DNA of 64,000 nucleotides from a bacterium (GTDB lineage: Bacteria; Electryoneota; Electryoneia; Electryoneales; Electryoneaceae), in contig JAIOHU010000228.1 of the NCBI GenBank assembly GCA_019912845.1, positions 1,509-65,508 of the forward strand, in the 5' to 3' direction. A program made the position numbers and the translations under genes. Of the stretch, positions 56,517 through 64,000 are shown piece by piece; position 1 is the stretch's first letter, and each line of letters begins with the position of its first letter. The notes beneath the pieces were generated by a model. It did not search any database. It was given only the letters and a program-made list of their open reading frames with translations, and was not told where the DNA came from.

Positions 56517-58502
56517 TTATTTCAACAGTACCACCTTCCGCAGAATGGATTCGTTTCCATGCCCGATCTGCACGAGGTATACCCCACTGCTCAGCGGAGA
56601 TACCAGTGAGGATGTATCAAAATGAAAACGATGATTCCCTGCGTCATACATCCTGCGTTGCTGCAGGATTTCCTGTCCCAGCAGGTTGAACACGCGGAAG
56701 ACAATCTCGCTACGTGCAGACAGAGAAAAGGGGATGGAGGTGACCGCATTGAAGGGATTTGGCGAGGCATGACCGACAACAAAGTCGACAGGTAGCGAGG
56801 AGGGTTCCTGCACCACGCCAAAATCCGGTTCTTCTACATCAAACCAGGGACCGTTTTCAAACCAAACCCAGCCATACGGGTCTTGCCAGAAACCGCTACT
56901 GTCTCTGTGTAGTGGATAATTAGGCAACCATTCCCTCTGTGAGTTCAAATGATTTGCCAAGTCATATTTAAGCACTCGATGCAGAACAGCGGGATTCAGG
57001 GTGCGAATACCTTCATTCAGTTCGTAAAAACCGGCATCACGATCCAGGACATAGAAAATATTGAGGAAGTGACCGTCATTGTTCAAGGCGATACTGGGAT
57101 CACGTTCATTCATGCATTCATAAGCCTGGATATTGCCATCCCTGCCACGGGTATTGGTGATATTTATCCCTTTACTCCAGAATTTGCCGAAGGCTTCACC
57201 CCTGGGGCTGGCGGTCACAAATATGTCGCCGTTGGCATAACCATCATCCGACTGGTCACGTGGTACACCATCGTCCAGAGTATCTCCCGGTATGCCATAT
57301 TGCTGATAGACCAGCCAGAGAATACCATTTTCAGCATCATGGTACATGCTTGGCCGTTGCACCGAGATCTGGCGATCACCAGCACGCACGGGACTGTGCA
57401 TAGCACTATGGGCGACTAGAGTGAAGACATCCGATGCCTCATCCCAATGCCAAATCATCGCACGCGAATCCGCCCGATCCTCCCCCGGATAGAAACAGAG
57501 GGTGGAAAACGCGACATGCAGATCACCCCAATTGTCGAAACAGATATTTACATCGGTGTATGCCCGCATCGTATCGCCATTATCCCACGGACCAGGGGAA
57601 ATGAAATCGGTAAGGTTGACAGGATTATCCCAATTCCAGGTAGCACCGCCATCTTCACTCAACCAGAAATAGATATCATTGTTATAACTGCGAATGGCTA
57701 AGTGGTCATCGGTGTTGTCACGGGTGATGGATGCTGCAATTGCGACACGTTCGCCATCGTCGGATACAGCGATATCTCCAGAAATATTCCTGCCATTGCT
57801 GGATACAAGCTGGGCTGCTTCGAAGTTTATCTCTTCACCTTCACCACCTGCGACTCCCCGCCAATAAACCAACTGCTTCAAAGCCCCATCGTCATTGTTG
57901 TATTCTGTGCTGATCACATGGACATACGGTATACCATGGAATTCTCCAGCGGCGGCATTGGGCCAGATGCATTCGAGGTTGTTATCTTCGAGGGGATTGC
58001 TGATAAATTCAAACATGTTAAACACTGGCTGGATAGCACTGAGAGTATAGTACCGGTTCAAGTCATGCTCCCAGGCATGGTAAAAGGTGAACACTCGTCC
58101 AGTACTTTGTATAGATGCTAGCACACAATATCCCCCCATGCTTGAATTCGCAAACAGCGGCGAGGTATGTGCTCGATGTTGGATTCTGCCACGTTCGTCC
58201 AGCACCAGTTCTACAATATCCGCACGACGTACTTCATAATCGTGGTCGAGGTTCGTCCAGATAACTGTAACCGTTTCCTCTTCTTCATCCTCGTTCTTGT
58301 GGCTGGTGACCATCCTGCCAACGGTGCCGCTATGTTGGTTCTCCCACCACGTGGTGCCGACGATGATAGTGTCCCCCAGAATCTCATCCAGTTCTTGAAA
58401 GGTTGGAGCTGAGGATTCTGAACTCAATCCGATTCCCTGTGCATATACAGAAAGGGTGAACAGGAACACCAGGATAGCGAATGCAACTAACTGCACTTTC
58501 AT
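56517..58502 (-). CDS. BNR/sialidase-like repeat protein with T9SS C-terminal sorting domain
   Basis: BNR motif SEDGGATWNW. Signal peptide. C-terminus ASPNPFNAVTSIPFSLSARSEIVFRVFNLLGQEI…GVYLVQIGHGNESILRKVVLLK. Confidence 0.7.
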   Translation of the reverse strand: MKVQLVAFAILVFLFTLSVYAQGIGLSSESSAPTFQELDEILGDTIIVGTTWWENQHSGTVGRMVTSHKNEDEEEETVTVIWTNLDHDYEVRRADIVELVLDERGRIQHRAHTSPLFANSSMGGYCVLASIQSTGRVFTFYHAWEHDLNRYYTLSAIQPVFNMFEFISNPLEDNNLECIWPNAAAGEFHGIPYVHVISTEYNNDDGALKQLVYWRGVAGGEGEEINFEAAQLVSSNGRNISGDIAVSDDGERVAIAASITRDNTDDHLAIRSYNNDIYFWLSEDGGATWNWDNPVNLTDFISPGPWDNGDTMRAYTDVNICFDNWGDLHVAFSTLCFYPGEDRADSRAMIWHWDEASDVFTLVAHSAMHSPVRAGDRQISVQRPSMYHDAENGILWLVYQQYGIPGDTLDDGVPRDQSDDGYANGDIFVTASPRGEAFGKFWSKGINITNTRGRDGNIQAYECMNERDPSIALNNDGHFLNIFYVLDRDAGFYELNEGIRTLNPAVLHRVLKYDLANHLNSQREWLPNYPLHRDSSGFWQDPYGWVWFENGPWFDVEEPDFGVVQEPSSLPVDFVVGHASPNPFNAVTSIPFSLSARSEIVFRVFNLLGQEILQQRRMYDAGNHRFHFDTSSLVSPLSSGVYLVQIGHGNESILRKVVLLK

Positions 58503-58923
58503 CTTCCCCCCATGAGTGATGAATTCCGGATTTCAAATGGGCATCATCTACAATGTAGCAGAAGATGACGTACAATTCAATACATGAATGATACCAAATG
58601 AATATTATCGACGATTATTGCTTGGGCAGGAATGGGTAAATCGTCCGAAATTGGTTCAGTTCTCTGATCCAGTTGGTCAGGGAAAACATGTTGCTTCGAC
58701 ATCAATTTTCGATTCTTCAACGTAATCTCCGCAGAAGCCACGTTGGAAAAGTTCAGATCGTGTTTTTATGTTTTAATTTCAAGGATTCTGAAGAACTGGA
58801 GATAAGCTATTCGCAGTGAAAGCTGGATAGGATTATTCGCTGGGATCGTAAGGAATTCGATCTATTCTGGCGATGAAATAGCGTTCATGTTAACGTGACA
58901 CAATCACCCACGGGAGAATAGCC

Positions 58924-59206
58924 TAACTTCGAAACACGGGGATGAGTTTTAGAAAGTGGAATCAATTGAATCTCGGATTTTGCACTCCAATGCCATTGTC
59001 AGTATCAAGACATCTCATCCACATGCCACCTGTCAATGATAGCAATACTTTCCTGGATCCCAGCCCAACTCATCACTGGGATGACGCGGGGGCTGATGCA
59101 ACAATGGAGAGTAGTACACTGAAAACACGGGGATGAGTTTTAGAAAGTGGAATCAATTGAATTCTCGGATTTTGCACTCCAATGCCATTCTCGACATCAA
59201 TACCTC
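58924..59206. repeat. tandem 191-bp duplication (58924-58990 vs 59115-59182) with inverted termini cggggatgag / ctcatccccg, plus R1 variant at 59041-59092; abuts the 3' end of hipA
   Basis: aacacggggatgagttttagaaagtggaatcaattgaat.tcggattttgcactccaatgccatt appears twice. Reverse-complement terminus at 59197-59206. Confidence 0.75.
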
Positions 59207-59260
59207 TCATCCCCGTACCACCGAATTGTCTCATCATAATACCGACACTTTTTGCTGGAT

Positions 59261-60559
59261 TCAGAATAAATCCAACCGCTGTACTTTCGCGATCTGCTCA
59301 GCAGTGTGGTCTGGAACGCCAGCCTTTGAGGCATACTCCCGCCAATCCTTAACGATTGACACCACCTCCTCGACAATCTCACGCGCCTGGCCTCGTTTCA
59401 GCATGGCAATTTCACCACAAGCGTCAAAATCATGTAGAACAAAGCTATCGCGTTTGCCGTTCAGTGTCATCTGGTGTGCACCAGTCCAAATGCTGTCGGG
59501 CCTATAGCTATAGGTCATATCGAATGCTGGAGCGAGTGACCATTCTCCATGACGGTCCATCAGGAAAGCAATGTTTTTCGTGTGATCGTCCTGGTTACGA
59601 GCGACGACGTTGAATGCCATCCGGCGGAATAGTTGCACGATTGCGTCCATTGGCAAGTTGAGTAGTCGCAACACTTGAAATGCCTGTTCGTAAGAGTACT
59701 CGCCTGGACGGTTGAAGTCGAAGTGAGCCAGTGCGCAGAGGGATTGCATGTGCAGCTTTTTCCCTTCTCTGGTGCGATCGAACCGACGGGTCATGAAGTG
59801 GCTGCGGTCATTTTCTTCCAGCAACCGGCACTCAGTCATTTCAATTTTACAAGCGTGGACCATGTTGGAATAGGCGTATTCGATGCGCCCGTAACCCATT
59901 GGATCGTTAAGGTCCTTGTCGCGGTTCTCCTCAACACCGTCAAACTTGAGCAGCCAGTGGGAAAACTCTTGGGGTAGATTTGGTAGCTGCCCTGATCGAA
60001 CCTCTCCTGTAGTCTCATTGTAAGCGATCAGCGCTTTCGCCCGCGCTCCACCCGCTGAAGACCCGACCCGAAGAATTGTTAGTAGTGCCTCCTCACGATC
60101 AGGATCATCGAAGGATGCCTGCAACCCTTCCCTCTCTGACAGAATATCGCTGGCAAGTTGTACAAGTGCGGCGACTTCCAACGGTTTGCTTTGGTGCCTT
60201 TGAGGTACCTGCTCTGGTTGGAATTCGAGAGCACCTATCCCCCGTTTCCCAATATAGCAAAGGCGTTCAACAGGATTGATGTCGCTTCGCCCCACACGGG
60301 CGAGGTAGGCATCAATCAGGGCGTTCCCGAAACGATCCGGTAAGGAATCGGCTATCAAGCCCGGCAGGCCGTGGAAGGTATCGTTTCGATTAGAGGCAAA
60401 GGTGATTGGTCTTTCTCGCAACGGCATTACAATTGGCGAGACCTGGAATACACTCGCAGCGAAGTCAGGTTCGTACTCAAAAACACCAAGACCGCGCTCC
60501 TCATCCCAATCTATTGCGCCAATTCTCGAGTTCCATAGATTCACTCGAACGGGGATCAT
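59261..60559 (-). CDS. hipA: HipA-family serine/threonine kinase toxin (type II TA)
   Basis: 432 aa. HipA N-domain (WNSRIGAIDWDEERGLGVFEYEPDF) and C-terminal kinase core. 4-nt overlap with upstream HTH gene. GC-rich (~55%) relative to surroundings. Confidence 0.8.
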   Translation of the reverse strand: MIPVRVNLWNSRIGAIDWDEERGLGVFEYEPDFAASVFQVSPIVMPLRERPITFASNRNDTFHGLPGLIADSLPDRFGNALIDAYLARVGRSDINPVERLCYIGKRGIGALEFQPEQVPQRHQSKPLEVAALVQLASDILSEREGLQASFDDPDREEALLTILRVGSSAGGARAKALIAYNETTGEVRSGQLPNLPQEFSHWLLKFDGVEENRDKDLNDPMGYGRIEYAYSNMVHACKIEMTECRLLEENDRSHFMTRRFDRTREGKKLHMQSLCALAHFDFNRPGEYSYEQAFQVLRLLNLPMDAIVQLFRRMAFNVVARNQDDHTKNIAFLMDRHGEWSLAPAFDMTYSYRPDSIWTGAHQMTLNGKRDSFVLHDFDACGEIAMLKRGQAREIVEEVVSIVKDWREYASKAGVPDHTAEQIAKVQRLDLF

Positions 60560-60909
60560 TCGTCATCTCCCCATGTCCACTTGCCACTCGATGTTGGTTT
60601 TGTCTTATTAATAGACGAGGCGCGCTTGCGGCGTTTCCCCATCCGATTCACTTTCTGAATAGGGCTCTCCAACACCTCGGGGATTGCCACCTCGAGGTTA
60701 GGAAGCAACTCAAGCACGCGCATCACCCGCAAAAGACTGAGTGCCTGCACAGACTCTCCCGCCTCCAGTCGTTTTATGGTTGGAAGAGATATCCCTGCCT
60801 CCTTTGCCAGCTTGTGTTGGGGCCAGTTGATATTCAGTCGATACTGGGCGAGACGCTTTCCGATTTCGCCGAGGACCGCTGCATCTGATGTTGTGGATTT
60901 GATTTTCAT
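60556..60909 (-). CDS. hipB: HipB-like XRE-family HTH antitoxin
   Basis: LGEIGKRLAQYRLNINWPQHKLAKEAGISLPTIKRLEAGE is an XRE-type HTH. Immediately upstream of and overlapping hipA. Confidence 0.75.
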   Translation of the reverse strand: MKIKSTTSDAAVLGEIGKRLAQYRLNINWPQHKLAKEAGISLPTIKRLEAGESVQALSLLRVMRVLELLPNLEVAIPEVLESPIQKVNRMGKRRKRASSINKTKPTSSGKWTWGDDE

Positions 60910-61241
60910 AAAGGCTTATTAATGATTCGTAAACACTTAATCCGAGTTTTAAGATATCATAAATGATGCGTTCTGTCAAGAGCATTAACGATTGCCTCGT
61001 CAGAATTTCTTTCGCCGCATCATTACAAACTTTCAGCGTTTAGAATGATTCCAACGATTTCTAATTGTATCATTCAAAATGCTGCTGAAAAGAATTCGAA
61101 GTTGGCTTAGTTCTGCGAATCCCGTTTTCCGGGATGACGCACCTTTGACCACGGGCACTTAGGTATACCTGCTGATTTTTTACTCCTGTTTGCGTATCTT
61201 ATCACAAAATAAATAGAAAAATATCCGAGTAGAGGGTTCCA

Positions 61242-63125
61242 ATGGAAAAACAACAAATACGTGATTTTCTCGCAAAAATCGAGCTCTTCCATGAATTAGA
61301 GGAAGAGGAACTTGAGGTTGTAGCGTCCAATGTCAGTATCAACCACTATGCAGCTACCGATCTGATCTTCACAGAGAACAGCCCCCGTAAAAAACTGCAT
61401 ATCATTTACACAGGTGAGGTTGAACTCTTCAAACGGACTCCATTCGGTCAGGAAAAACGATTGGCGTTTTTCGGAAAATTTGATTTCCTGGGTGAAGGGG
61501 CGTTGATGGATGATTATCCCCACTCCACCTCCGCACGTGTTCTGCTTGAAACAACGGTACTGACTATCACGCGAGAAGACTTTCAGGATTTGCTGAAAAA
61601 CCAGCCCGTTCTTGGGTTCAAGGTGTTATCGAGTGTCGCCAGGGTCATTTCACGAAGAATGAGGCAGGCGAGCACAAGGGTTATCAACATTGGCGCGCAG
61701 TATGTATCTGGACGAACTCGAAGCGAACATGATCTGCTTGGCGACCGTGAGGTACCCGATGAGTTCTACTATGGCATTCAAACCTTACGTGCCCTTGAAA
61801 ATTTCAATATCAGCGGCGTGTCGCTCGATCATTTTCCGGTTATGATTGAAGCATTGGCGATGGTAAAAATGGCTGCTGCCAAGGCAAATCATGAACTCGG
61901 CATGCTCTCGAAACCGATTACGGATGCCATCGAGCAGGCTTGTACCGAGATTATCAATGGCAAACTGCACTCTCAATTTGTGGTGGATATGATTCAGGGA
62001 GGTGCTGGAACATCGACCAATATGAATGCGAATGAAGTAATTGCTAATCGTGCGTTAGAATTACTCGGCTACACGAAGGGCGAGTATAAATTCTGCCATC
62101 CAAATAACCATGTCAACCTTTCCCAATCCACCAATGACGCTTACCCCACCGCGCTCAAGATTGCTCTATTCAACAACAATGTCACACTGATCGAGGTACT
62201 TGAAGACCTCTGCGAAGCATTTGAAGCGAAAGCCAGGGAGTTTGCGCATATTATTAAAATGGGACGCACCCAATTGCAGGATGCAGTCCCCATGACCCTG
62301 GGACAAACTTTTGATGCCTATGCGACGACGTTACGTGAGGAGATACGCCGTCTCGAACAGAATGCTGAATTATTCCTGGAAGTAAATCTCGGTGGAACCG
62401 CAATTGGTACCGGAATCAACGCTCCCCCGGAGTATAGTGATCTGGCAATAAAACATCTTCGTGGAATCAGCGGTATTCAGGTTCGACTTGCACATGATCT
62501 TGTCGAAGCGACACAGGATACCGGTGCATTTGTAATGTACTCGTCGGCGATAAAACGCCTCGCTGTCAAACTTTCAAAGATTTCCAACGATTTACGTCTG
62601 CTGTCATCAGGTCCTCGCGCCGGATTCAACGAGATCAACCTGCCAAAAATGCAACCCGGGTCATCAATTATGCCGGGTAAGGTTAACCCAGTAATCCCGG
62701 AGGTTATGAACCAGATTTGCTTCAAAGTGATCGGGAATGATCTCACAGTTACCTTGGCAGCCGAGGCGGGTCAGCTCGAGCTTAATGTGATGGAACCGGT
62801 GATCGTACAGAGCATCCTGGAATCAATGGAGATGATGAAAAATGGTATGGTAACTTTGATTCACCGTTGCATTGAAGGGATAACCGCGAATGAAGAACAC
62901 TGCCGTCACCTGGTGGAAAATAGTATCGGACTGGTAACGGCACTAAATCCTGTGCTCGGTTACGAGACCAGCTCAATTGTCGCACGTGAAGCACTGGAGA
63001 ATAATCGTTCAGTGTACGATCTGGTATTGGAGAAAAATCTGCTGACAAAAGAAGAGCTGGATAATTTACTCAGTCCAGATGCGATGGTACGCCCACGTCC
63101 CCTGAAAAGAGGAAATGATCTTTAG
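61242..63125 (+). CDS. aspA: fusion protein: N-terminal cyclic-nucleotide-binding (CAP effector-type) domain + aspartate ammonia-lyase (fumarase/aspartase class II)
   Basis: Residues ~1-140 show the cNMP-binding pattern (…YTGEVELF…FGKFDFLGEGALMDD…STSARVLLETTVLTITREDFQDLL…). Residues ~150-627 are aspartase: DLLGDREVPDEFYYGIQTLRALENF, lyase signature GSSIMPGKVNPVIPE. One continuous 627-aa frame. Confidence 0.8.
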   Translation: MEKQQIRDFLAKIELFHELEEEELEVVASNVSINHYAATDLIFTENSPRKKLHIIYTGEVELFKRTPFGQEKRLAFFGKFDFLGEGALMDDYPHSTSARVLLETTVLTITREDFQDLLKNQPVLGFKVLSSVARVISRRMRQASTRVINIGAQYVSGRTRSEHDLLGDREVPDEFYYGIQTLRALENFNISGVSLDHFPVMIEALAMVKMAAAKANHELGMLSKPITDAIEQACTEIINGKLHSQFVVDMIQGGAGTSTNMNANEVIANRALELLGYTKGEYKFCHPNNHVNLSQSTNDAYPTALKIALFNNNVTLIEVLEDLCEAFEAKAREFAHIIKMGRTQLQDAVPMTLGQTFDAYATTLREEIRRLEQNAELFLEVNLGGTAIGTGINAPPEYSDLAIKHLRGISGIQVRLAHDLVEATQDTGAFVMYSSAIKRLAVKLSKISNDLRLLSSGPRAGFNEINLPKMQPGSSIMPGKVNPVIPEVMNQICFKVIGNDLTVTLAAEAGQLELNVMEPVIVQSILESMEMMKNGMVTLIHRCIEGITANEEHCRHLVENSIGLVTALNPVLGYETSSIVAREALENNRSVYDLVLEKNLLTKEELDNLLSPDAMVRPRPLKRGNDL

Positions 63126-63160
63126 TGTTTTGCATTTTATGACTTTGGGTAAGTTCGGAG

Positions 63161-63375
63161 CGGGAAAAAGTGCCACTCTGTAGAGTGGCACTTCATAAGA
63201 TGACTCTCCATCGAAGATGGCCCGATGCTCCGCGTCGGGTCTAATACACAAATCCAAGTAATTAACAACCAAAGAGTGTTACTTCGCTTATTTCAGCACC
63301 TTCCTGGATGCCAGCTAGCCCCATGCTGGCATGACGCGGAAAGGATAGTGCCACTGGAAAGTAGCGCTCCATCAC
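63161..63375. repeat. composite repeat block: R2-like hairpin gtgccactctgtagagtggcac (63161-63182), agacccgacgc.gagcatcgggccatc (63204-63230, reverse), R1 (63294-63339), R2 gtgccactggaaagtagcgctccat (63340-63366)
   Basis: Same modules as the block after tRNA-Arg (18161-18301). Confidence 0.7.
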
Positions 63376-63400
63376 GCCCATCTTTGAACCACCCAAAAAC

Positions 63401-64000
63401 TTAATCATCATCCTCGCTAGCCGAGGCTCTTTGTTCGTCCAGTTTCTGATTTACGACTTCCATCACTGCTGCCAGTCGTTTTTCGGACTCGGAGGTGATA
63501 CGTGCGACACCCTCGCGCATCTCCTGTTTGAAGTTCTCATCAATGATGCCCGGCAGGTTGATACGGACATTCAACGCTGCTCCATGGACTGCTGCATTTG
63601 CACATAACGCTGCAACTCCGCCATCGGAGACACTGTTCGGATTTCCACGATCAACCACAACATCAATCAAATCGTAAGTTGCAAATGAGTTTTCACAGAC
63701 GCTATAAGGAATCAAGGTTGCAGCCTTGTTTGCTTCGTCGAGGGCGTCATTACGTTTCCGTTGCTCTTCCTCGCTTTTCTGTGGTAGACGCATGGCTGCC
63801 ATCACTGCATTAAAGGCATTTGTATCATCATCAATGGCATTGAGGAGCTTCGCCTTCAGTTCCTGACCCTTTACTCCGACTTCTTCCAACTCATTCCACA
63901 CAGCTTTGTATTCCGGTTTGCCGTGAGTAAGATTGGTGACCATCGCTGCTAGTGACGCTGCCAAAGACCCGCACAATGCTGCGACACTACCGCCACCGGG
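63401..64000 (-). CDS. cyclodeaminase/cyclohydrolase family protein (formiminotransferase-cyclodeaminase C-terminal domain-like), 5'-partial at window edge
   Basis: Reverse translation through the window end gives PGGGSVAALCGSLAASLAAMVTNLTHGK, the FTCD_C GGGS…AL.G…MV.NLT motif. The gene therefore continues beyond nt 64000. Confidence 0.7.
   Translation of the reverse strand, partial: PGGGSVAALCGSLAASLAAMVTNLTHGKPEYKAVWNELEEVGVKGQELKAKLLNAIDDDTNAFNAVMAAMRLPQKSEEEQRKRNDALDEANKAATLIPYSVCENSFATYDLIDVVVDRGNPNSVSDGGVAALCANAAVHGAALNVRINLPGIIDENFKQEMREGVARITSESEKRLAAVMEVVNQKLDEQRASASEDDD

Noticed and set aside
1-64000. rRNA genes, tmRNA, SRP RNA, transposase/integrase genes, phage structural genes
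   Set aside because: No 16S/23S-like conserved blocks, no 4.5S GGAAGCAGCC-type motif, and no DDE/tyrosine-recombinase-like ORFs were seen in any frame.

Overview
This 64-kb window is bacterial chromosome, most likely from an FCB-group (Bacteroidota-like) organism. Four secreted proteins carry type-IX-secretion C-terminal sorting domains and Shine-Dalgarno sequences are sparse. The organism is not identified further. All calls come from reading the translations against remembered family motifs; nothing was searched.

Housekeeping content:
- prs-rplY(ctc)-pth, then hppA (membrane pyrophosphatase), rpsF-rpsR-rplI (no ssb/priB between), tilS and ftsH.
- A PiT phosphate transporter with its DUF47 partner, tRNA-Arg(CCG), typA/bipA and a tricorn-protease homologue.

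Accessory content:
- A TetR-controlled TolC/HlyD/ABC-2 efflux operon of the YbhGFSR type.
- A large membrane-sensor SpoIIE/PP2C phosphatase.
- A low-GC two-gene cassette with an AbiEii-like nucleotidyltransferase.
- A high-GC hipBA module.
- A nitric-oxide stress regulon: norR, then divergently a sigma-54 promoter driving ytfE (ric), a hemerythrin gene and a quinol-type NO reductase. The qNOR reading frame is broken by a single in-frame TGA. A 6 x 85-bp tandem repeat array sits directly upstream of it.
- A gene for a cNMP-binding domain fused to aspartate ammonia-lyase.

Intergenic DNA is saturated with at least six families of short hairpin-forming (REP/MITE-like) repeats. They co-cluster, and one family shows compensatory base changes that preserve a stem-loop. 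A ~200-bp direct repeat brackets a gene for a membrane-anchored FGE/SUMF1-domain protein plus a secreted-protein gene. I found no rRNA, no CRISPR array and no transposase or integrase.
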